In this document: positions 57,169 through 64,000 of the stretch, piece by piece | Layout of the letters: the number at the start of each line of letters is the position of its first letter | Position numbering within the stretch: position 1 is the first letter of the stretch | NCBI GenBank assembly: GCA_965223845.1 | Contig: CBDCXR010000004.1 | Location: forward strand, 5,856,001 to 5,920,000 | DNA from: Planctomycetota bacterium | GTDB taxonomy: Bacteria > Planctomycetota > UBA8108 > SXIK01 | DNA length: 64,000 bases | Direction of reading: 5' to 3' | Notes under the pieces: model-generated | Database searches by the model: none | Told to the model about the DNA's origin: nothing | Seen by the model: the letters and a program-made list of their open reading frames with translations, nothing else | Made by a program: the position numbers and the translations under genes

Positions 57169-58757
57169 GCGATTCGAAAAACGACTGGTGGCGGGCTCAC
57201 GCGGAGGCGACGGAAACGATCGCCAATCTCCCCGGCGTGAGAGGCATCGGGCTCGGGATCAAGGAGACGGCGCGCGAATTGACGGGTGAGGTCGCGGTCA
57301 TCGTTTACGTAGATGTCAAGCGGCCGAGCGAGGGACTCGACCCGGCGGAGCGAATTCCTCCAGCGGTCGCCGGCGTGAAGACTGATGTTCAGCGCGCGCT
57401 CAAGATCGCGACGTTTGGGGGTACGACGATCGAAGGCGGCATACAGATTCGCGCGACGCCCGACGATCGCGATCGACCGAAGCCCGGCACACTCGGTTAC
57501 ATCGCTACGCGAGAGTCAGACAGTGCGAATGTGATGCTGAGCTGCCAACACGTCATGCGTTCTCGAGGGGGCGACAATCGGATCTTCCATCCGGACGTCT
57601 CCCGCTGCTGCGGGAAGTTGAAGAATCGGGTGGGTGAAGTCGGCGAAGGGACGATCGGTCACGTGTCGTTCACCAATTCGGTCGATACGTCCATGTATTT
57701 TGTGGACGCCGCGATCGCCTCGATCGATGCGGGCATCAACGCGCGGAAGTTCATCTCGGGTGTCGGAGCGATCAGCGGTTCGGGTGATCTCACCGCGACG
57801 CCAATTGGCGGTGGCAGCTCGACGATCAGCGTCAAGAAGCGTGGCGCCAAAACCGAGCTGACCGGAGGAACGGTGGACGACGTCGCCTATCCGTTCGTGC
57901 AGGTTCCCGGCGCACCGACCGCTCAGCGCGTGATCCGGATTCGACCGGCATCCGGAAACACGTTCCCGTTCAGCATCACTTGGCAGGTTCCGCCGGGTGA
58001 CGTCGCGGGACACGTCGCAAACTTCCCGACGGAATCGCTGGGCGGAACCGCGACGCAAGTCGACTCCGATCGGATTCGATTTGACGTGCCGGTTTTCGCG
58101 GTACCCGGTGATTCGGGTTCGGCGGTGGTAGACACCTCGAGCGGTCGCATCGTCGGACTGGTGTTCAGCGGCAGTGTCTACGTACTGCCGGCGTTTCAGG
58201 ACGGACGCTTGGGAACAGGAATTGTCCCGACGGGGTTCGCCGTCGCCTGCCACATCCCGCCCGTTCTGGCGGAGTTGGGAATCAGGATCGACGCATCGAC
58301 AACGCCGAGCGCCGGCCGACGACGGCTTTTACCCGGAACCGAAATCTCGGCGGACCCGCCGGATCGGCTCGAGCTGATCAACGCCCGCCTCGGTGCCCTC
58401 GAGTCGTCTCTCGATGCCATTCCCGCCGGGCGACGACTGACGAATCTTCTGCGCGAGCACGTCGAGGAGCTCGTCGATCTGGTCCACCACCGCCGGCGCG
58501 TGCTGGTGGAGTGGCATCGCACCCGCGGACCTGCGTTTTCGGCGCTCACGTTGGAAGCGATCGCCGACGGAAGACGCGAGATGCCCGAGGTCGTCAGCGG
58601 CGTCTCGCGCGACGAGATGCTACGGCGCATGCGCGATGTGCTCGCCGTCGAAGGCAGCGCGGCGCTGAAGGAAGCACTGGCGGAAAACGAATCGTTCCTC
58701 CTCGGGTTGTTGGCTGCGAGCCGAACCGTGGACGACTTGGTGGCGAATCTAAAATGA
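57165..58757 (+). CDS. Trypsin-like serine protease 2: prodomain + protease + C-terminal helical domain
   Basis: ATGA overlap; GIGLGIKE...IVYVDVK...IPPAVAGVKTDV; PGTLG, CQHV, VDAAI, PGDSGS. Confidence 0.87.
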   Translation: MSDSKNDWWRAHAEATETIANLPGVRGIGLGIKETARELTGEVAVIVYVDVKRPSEGLDPAERIPPAVAGVKTDVQRALKIATFGGTTIEGGIQIRATPDDRDRPKPGTLGYIATRESDSANVMLSCQHVMRSRGGDNRIFHPDVSRCCGKLKNRVGEVGEGTIGHVSFTNSVDTSMYFVDAAIASIDAGINARKFISGVGAISGSGDLTATPIGGGSSTISVKKRGAKTELTGGTVDDVAYPFVQVPGAPTAQRVIRIRPASGNTFPFSITWQVPPGDVAGHVANFPTESLGGTATQVDSDRIRFDVPVFAVPGDSGSAVVDTSSGRIVGLVFSGSVYVLPAFQDGRLGTGIVPTGFAVACHIPPVLAELGIRIDASTTPSAGRRRLLPGTEISADPPDRLELINARLGALESSLDAIPAGRRLTNLLREHVEELVDLVHHRRRVLVEWHRTRGPAFSALTLEAIADGRREMPEVVSGVSRDEMLRRMRDVLAVEGSAALKEALAENESFLLGLLAASRTVDDLVANLK

Positions 58758-59713
58758 CCCGATTTCCGGCCGAGCAAGATTACGAATCCGCGCTGGTCGT
58801 TGCGAGACGAGCCGCTGGCTTTCGCGGATTGGGGTTCGGCGTGAAGGAAATCGCGGGAAAGGTCACGGGGGAACCAGCCTGGCGAGTCTACGTCGCTCGC
58901 AAGGACGGACTGCGCGCGCTCGCGCCGAGTGAGCGAGTGCCCGCACGTATTCTGGATCTGCCGACCGACGTGATCGAGTACGCAGGGGTGACTCCCTCTG
59001 CGGCGCGTCCATCCGCGGGCGCGGACAGACGTCACTCGTTGTCGGACGGCTCCGCGATCGCGAACCACAAGGGCGTCCCCGGAACCCTGGGCTGTCTCGC
59101 TCGGCTGCGATCTTCGCAGGAGCCGGTTCTGCTCTCCAACTATCACATCCTCTTCGCGAGGAATTCGCAGCGCGGCGATCCGGTCTGGCACGTGCCCGCG
59201 GAAGGGAGCGGCGAGCCTTATCCGATCGGTCGAGTCTTGGGCGGAAAGGTCGGGCGGGTCTCCGATCGAGGCGAGGAAGTTTTCGTCGATGCCGCCTTGG
59301 GGACGATCGACGACGCGCTACAGGACGAATGGATGGAGTCGAACGAAACGCCTGCGATCGAGCCGGACACTGGACTCGCGTCCGCCGTCGCGGGATCGCG
59401 CGTGCGTAAGGTCGGCGCCGCGACAGGGCGGACTTGCGGGCTCGTCGTCGACGTCCGGTACCCGGATCGCTGGTACTGGCAGTATCGATCGGAGAGTGCG
59501 CCGCGGCAGATCCTCGTTCAGTCGGGCGAGCCGGACGGGGGTGTGTTCTCGCGCTCCGGCGATTCCGGCGCGGTCGTTCGCGACGAGTGCGGCGCGGCGG
59601 TGGGGCTGCTCTGGGGAAGCAATGCGCGCGGAGAAGGGGTCGCCTGTCCGATGGGCGCGGTGACGAGAGCCTTGGGAATCTATTTCGACGTCGCGAACGG
59701 GGAAGTGTCTTGA
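58754..59713 (+). CDS. Trypsin-like serine protease 3: prodomain + protease, no C-terminal domain
   Basis: ATGA overlap; GLGFGVKE...RVYVARK...LPTDV; PGTLGC, SNYHI, VDAAL, KVGAATGRTCG, SGDSGA. Confidence 0.87.
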   Translation: MTRFPAEQDYESALVVARRAAGFRGLGFGVKEIAGKVTGEPAWRVYVARKDGLRALAPSERVPARILDLPTDVIEYAGVTPSAARPSAGADRRHSLSDGSAIANHKGVPGTLGCLARLRSSQEPVLLSNYHILFARNSQRGDPVWHVPAEGSGEPYPIGRVLGGKVGRVSDRGEEVFVDAALGTIDDALQDEWMESNETPAIEPDTGLASAVAGSRVRKVGAATGRTCGLVVDVRYPDRWYWQYRSESAPRQILVQSGEPDGGVFSRSGDSGAVVRDECGAAVGLLWGSNARGEGVACPMGAVTRALGIYFDVANGEVS

Positions 59714-61113
59714 GCTACGGTAACGAGTATCAAGAAACGCTGCGTCCCGGGATCCTGATCACGAGCAAGGTCAGTCCACCGGGCGGGACGCTGGGATGTT
59801 TCGCTCGGTTGACTAGCGACCCATCAAAGATCGTGCTCCTCAGCAACAGTCACGTCCTTTACGGCGACGTCCAGTCGCTCGGAGGGGCCGGCGCCGGCGA
59901 CGGAGCAGACGTGGGACAGCCGAGCGTGTCGTGCTGTTGGTGCTGCGCTTGTCGCGTGATCGCCGCGAATCGAACGAACGCCTTCACTCGTGTCACGGTG
60001 AATGTGACCAGCCCGGAAGCGAGCACGGAAACCGGGAGCGAGATCGACTGCGCGATCGCGATTCTCAACGACGATCGTCCGTACACGAACGAAGCGCTCT
60101 ACGGAATGATCACGGGGACGCCGAACTCGGGGTTCGGCGTGTCGGGCGGCGACGCGGTGGAGATGGTCGGTTCGACGTCCGGCCGGTCCTCAGGGACGGT
60201 GCTTTCGTTCACGACGACGGCGACGCTCCAAAACGGTACGCCCGTACCGCCGATTCTCTTTCCTTACACCGTGTCGGGCTCGGAGATCGACGACAACTTC
60301 GCGGGAGTGCCGTCGGGGGTCAACCAGCTGCTGATCGCTCCGGACCCGAACCCTCAGAATTCCAGCCAGAAGACTCATTTCTGCGGCCCGGGTGACTCTG
60401 GTTCCGTGATCGTCAACTCGGCTAAGCAGGTCGTCGGCCTACTCAGTCGTGCTTGGCAGCCGAGCGAATCCAGTCGCGCTTTCCTCAACGCGCGGATGAG
60501 CTCCCCGCTCCCCGACCACGTCGGAACCTTGGGCCTTGCGGCGCCCATCGGAGCCGTCCTCAGCGCGCTCCAAATCCAGATCGATGGCAACATGTCGGGC
60601 ACCGCACCATCTGCGGGGGCATCGCTCGTGGATCTCAAGCGAGGCGAGAGAAGGCGAGCGCTCCAACTGACGCTGCGCGATCTGGAGCGGGAGATCCGCA
60701 CCAAGGCGCTCGGACGGACTGTGATGGACGCGATCGCGCGGCATCGCGGGGAAGTTCTGAGTCTCGTGAACAACGAGCGTCGAGTAGCGGTGGCCTGGCG
60801 TCGTAGTGAAGGCCCCGCGTTCGCCGCGCACTGCCTGCGTAGCCTCGAGGATCACGAATACGTCATTCCTTCGGACGTCCACGGCGTCACTCCTCGGAGG
60901 CTCATCGAGAAGATGGCCGCGGTTCTCAAGCGCTACGGATCCGACGCCTTGCGTCGGGACATCGAAGCCTACGAACGAATCGCGTTCGACTGGATCGTGG
61001 ACACCACGAGCGTTTGGCCGCTGGTGGAGCGCATGAAACGTCTTGAACCCCTCGATCGCGACGACGAGCGCGCGACCGAGGTGGGATCGACCGAATACCT
61101 AAGCTGGGGTTAG
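59710..61113 (+). CDS. Trypsin-like serine protease 4: protease + C-terminal helical domain, no prodomain
   Basis: TTG start overlapping the previous TGA (TTGA); GGTLGC, SNSHV, IDCAI, VGSTSG, PGDSGS; Cys cluster SCCWCCAC. Confidence 0.82.
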   Translation: MSYGNEYQETLRPGILITSKVSPPGGTLGCFARLTSDPSKIVLLSNSHVLYGDVQSLGGAGAGDGADVGQPSVSCCWCCACRVIAANRTNAFTRVTVNVTSPEASTETGSEIDCAIAILNDDRPYTNEALYGMITGTPNSGFGVSGGDAVEMVGSTSGRSSGTVLSFTTTATLQNGTPVPPILFPYTVSGSEIDDNFAGVPSGVNQLLIAPDPNPQNSSQKTHFCGPGDSGSVIVNSAKQVVGLLSRAWQPSESSRAFLNARMSSPLPDHVGTLGLAAPIGAVLSALQIQIDGNMSGTAPSAGASLVDLKRGERRRALQLTLRDLEREIRTKALGRTVMDAIARHRGEVLSLVNNERRVAVAWRRSEGPAFAAHCLRSLEDHEYVIPSDVHGVTPRRLIEKMAAVLKRYGSDALRRDIEAYERIAFDWIVDTTSVWPLVERMKRLEPLDRDDERATEVGSTEYLSWG

Positions 61114-61116
61114 AGC

Positions 61117-64000
61117 ATGGCGGACGAACGCGGCACCTTGGAAGTTCTGGCCACCGGCTTGGGGCGTCTGCTCGAGCCGCTCGCCGTCGGACTCCAGCCC
61201 GAAAAGATCCAGGGATTCTTCGGCCAGCTCGGGTATCCGCTGACGGAAGCTCAGGCGAGCACGTTGAGCACGGCGGCGGGCGGGACTTCGGCGACGCTGA
61301 CGGAGCTGTTCTCCCTCGTTCGCGAGCTCGTCGCGGCAGCGGAGGCTGAAGATACGGATCTCATCCTCGAGAAGGGCGTCCAGACCGCCGTCCGCGTGAC
61401 TCAGGCCATCGTGGGGTTCGCCGACTTGCGGGACGCTGTCAACGGGCTCGGTCTCGCGAGCGCGACACCCGCCGAAATCGCGGAGATTCCCGAGCGGCTG
61501 CTCTCGTATCTCCTCGTCGAGAACCTCGAAGCCCTCCGACCAACCAACGAGATCCTCGAGCTGCTCGGCGTGCTGGAGCGAGTCGAGCACAACGTCGACT
61601 CGGTCGATCCAGACGCGCCCGAGTACACGGTGTCGAGCTTTCATTTCGATCGCTTGTTCGCGTGGCTCGGCGATCCCGGAGGACAACTGAAGTCGCTCTA
61701 CGGTTGGGGCGACTCGAGCTTCGACGGCTCGCTCCTGCTTCCGAAACTGGAACGACTGATCGCCACCACCGGGATGCCAGTGGTCTACCACGAGGCGGAG
61801 AGGCGCCTCGACCTCGTGCTTCTCGAGATCACAGCTCCGTCCACTCTGAATCCGCGCGGATTGCAAATCGCACTCAACACGCAGTTCGACACCGGCGAGC
61901 TCGAGCTTCCGAACGGCGATTTCACGGTCACGTTTCAGCTCGCGGTCAACGGTCCTCCCGGGCTCGCCGTCACCATTCAACCGAACGGCAACGTCGAGTT
62001 GGTGCCTCCGGACACGAGCGCGGAGATCAGCGGTGAAGTGCGCCTGGGATTCATCACCACAGGAGGTCCGTACATCCTCCTCGGCGAAGCCGGCGGCAGT
62101 CGACTGGAGATCGGAGGAATCGGGGCGGAGGCTGGTACGCGCCTCAGCTGGGTGCCCGCCGAGGGTAAGGCGACGGGTGCTTTCGATCTTCTCGGCCGAC
62201 TCGAAGAAGGAAAGGTGGTGATCGATGCCTCGGGGGGCGACGGATTCCTGAACGAGATCATCCCCGGGGCGAAGATCGACGGCGAGTTCGACCTCGCCCT
62301 GGGCTACGACTCCGAGACGGGTTTCTTCATCCAGGGCAGCAGCGCGATCGAGATTCGTCTCCCCCTCCATCTCGACCTCGGCCCGATCGGGTTCGACGCG
62401 CTGACCATCGCGGTTGGTCTCAACTCGGACGACATCGCGGTCCAACTGGGCGCGGACATCAGCGCGAATCTCGGGCCGCTCCAGGCGGTCGTCGAGAACA
62501 TGGGCGTGGAGGCAGCGTTTTCCTTCCCGCCGGGCGGCGGCAACCTCGGTCCGCTCGACCTCGACATCGGCTTCAAACCTCCCAACGGCGTCGGTCTCTC
62601 GCTCGATGTCGGCATCGTCAAGGGCGGCGGCTACCTCTACTTCAACTTCGACAAGGAGGAATATGCGGGTGCGCTCGAGCTCGTCTTCAGCGGCTTTCTC
62701 ACCGTAAAGGCGATCGGACTCGTCACGACTCGCATGCCGGACGGGTCCGATGGTTTCTCGCTGCTGATCATCGTCAGCGTCGAGTTCGGCACACCGTTTC
62801 AGCTGGGATTCGGCTTCACGCTCAACGCGGTCGGCGGCCTGCTGGGGCTCCACCGGACGATGGAGCTCGAGCGATTGGCGGAGGGAGTCCGAACGGGCGC
62901 GATCGAGAGCGTCATGTTCCCGGACGACATCATCGCGAATGCGCCGCGCATCATCAGCGATCTTCGCGAGTTCTTTCCTCCGCAAGCCGACACGTTCCTC
63001 ATCGGGCCGATGGCCAAGCTCGGTTGGGGCACACCGAGTCTCGTGACGGCATCGCTCGGTGTCATCGTCGAGATCCCGCCCGGGAACATTGCGATTCTCG
63101 GTGTCTTGAAGGTTGCGCTTCCCCACGAGGACGCGGCTCTCATCCTCATTCAGGTCAACTTCATCGGCGCCCTCGAAGTCGACAAGAAACGACTGTGGTT
63201 CTTCGCCGGACTGTTTGAGTCGCGGGTGCTTTTCATCACGCTCGAAGGCGAGATGGGGCTGTTGATCGCGTGGGGTGATGACGCGAACTTCGTCCTGAGT
63301 GTAGGTGGGTTCCACCCGAGGTTCAGTCCCCCGCCGCTCCCCTTTCCGAATCCCATCCGGATCGCGATCAATATCCTCAACACGTCGTTCGCCAGAGTTC
63401 GCGTGACCGGCTACTTCGCAGTCACGTCCAACACGGCGCAGTTCGGCGCGCGGGTCGAAGTCTATTTCGGTTTGAGCGCGTTCAACATCGACGGCCACCT
63501 CGGGTTCGAAGCGCTCTTTCAGTTTTCGCCCTTTTATTTCATCGTGAGCCTGTCGGCTTCGCTGAGCGTCAAGGTCTTCGGGATCGGCCTGTTCAGCGTC
63601 CACATGCGAGGCGAGCTCGAAGGCACGTCCCCCTGGCACATCGAAGGGGAGGGTTCGATATCGCTGCTGTTCTGGGACATCAGCGTTCCGTTCAGCCACA
63701 CATGGGGCGAGGACGAGAACACGACTCTGCCGCCGATCGAAGTCATGCCGATTTTGGTCGACGAACTGAGCAAGCTGGACAACTGGACGGCTGAGCTCCC
63801 AGCGGCGAGCTCGCTGCTCGTCTCGCTGCGTGAGGTGACGACCGATAGCGATTTGATCATGCATCCGGTCGGTGTCCTCAAGGTCAGCCAGCGCGCCGTC
63901 CCTCTCGACCTCGATCTCGACACCGTCGGCAATCAGAAGCCGAGCGACGCCCGCCGGCTCACGATCGAAGTGATCGACGCCGACCTGGACAAGGTCGGCG
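61117..64000 (+). CDS. Large beta-rich DUF6603-like protein, truncated at the window end (>960 aa)
   Basis: Not in the ORF track (no stop). ATG at 61117: MADERGTLEVLATGLGRLLEPL...LYGWG...GFKPPNGVGLSLDVGIVKGGGYL...YAGALEL...AIGLVTTRMPDG..GFSLLII...QLGFGFTLNAVGGLLGLHR...GWGTP...SVGGFHPRF...GYFAVTSNTAQFGA...HPVGVLKVSQRAVPL. Confidence 0.82.
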   Translation, partial: MADERGTLEVLATGLGRLLEPLAVGLQPEKIQGFFGQLGYPLTEAQASTLSTAAGGTSATLTELFSLVRELVAAAEAEDTDLILEKGVQTAVRVTQAIVGFADLRDAVNGLGLASATPAEIAEIPERLLSYLLVENLEALRPTNEILELLGVLERVEHNVDSVDPDAPEYTVSSFHFDRLFAWLGDPGGQLKSLYGWGDSSFDGSLLLPKLERLIATTGMPVVYHEAERRLDLVLLEITAPSTLNPRGLQIALNTQFDTGELELPNGDFTVTFQLAVNGPPGLAVTIQPNGNVELVPPDTSAEISGEVRLGFITTGGPYILLGEAGGSRLEIGGIGAEAGTRLSWVPAEGKATGAFDLLGRLEEGKVVIDASGGDGFLNEIIPGAKIDGEFDLALGYDSETGFFIQGSSAIEIRLPLHLDLGPIGFDALTIAVGLNSDDIAVQLGADISANLGPLQAVVENMGVEAAFSFPPGGGNLGPLDLDIGFKPPNGVGLSLDVGIVKGGGYLYFNFDKEEYAGALELVFSGFLTVKAIGLVTTRMPDGSDGFSLLIIVSVEFGTPFQLGFGFTLNAVGGLLGLHRTMELERLAEGVRTGAIESVMFPDDIIANAPRIISDLREFFPPQADTFLIGPMAKLGWGTPSLVTASLGVIVEIPPGNIAILGVLKVALPHEDAALILIQVNFIGALEVDKKRLWFFAGLFESRVLFITLEGEMGLLIAWGDDANFVLSVGGFHPRFSPPPLPFPNPIRIAINILNTSFARVRVTGYFAVTSNTAQFGARVEVYFGLSAFNIDGHLGFEALFQFSPFYFIVSLSASLSVKVFGIGLFSVHMRGELEGTSPWHIEGEGSISLLFWDISVPFSHTWGEDENTTLPPIEVMPILVDELSKLDNWTAELPAASSLLVSLREVTTDSDLIMHPVGVLKVSQRAVPLDLDLDTVGNQKPSDARRLTIEVIDADLDKVG

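Overview
High-GC, gene-dense bacterial DNA, very probably from a member of Planctomycetota (DUF1501 / planctomycete cytochrome c-WD40 / DUF1549-DUF1553 trio, four ECF sigma factors, an ECF-Ser/Thr kinase pair, several large secreted proteins ending in a dockerin-like domain). About 39 CDS are supported; no rRNA, tRNA or CRISPR array was seen. Main points: (1) a thioredoxin-like/CxxCH/PDZ gene (19539-20867, minus) that the ORF track splits, but which reads through two in-frame TGA codons three codons apart (FR-U-VP-U-ETC) followed by a SECIS-like hairpin, i.e. a candidate UxxU di-selenocysteine protein, downstream of a spondin-like gene and a divergent ECF/NrsF pair; (2) a translationally coupled operon at 55.5-64 kb with four paralogous trypsin-like (Nal1-type) serine proteases lacking signal peptides and carrying shuffled N- and C-terminal modules, followed by a large DUF6603-like beta-rich protein that runs off the window and is absent from the ORF track; (3) a ~285-nt highly structured intergenic sequence (45825-46108) that may be an unannotated ncRNA; (4) seven dockerin-like modules on five proteins, including a possible scaffold; (5) a RAYT-type transposase, a 40-bp tandem duplication and long intergenic hairpins. 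All family calls come from recognising motifs by eye, not from database searches.
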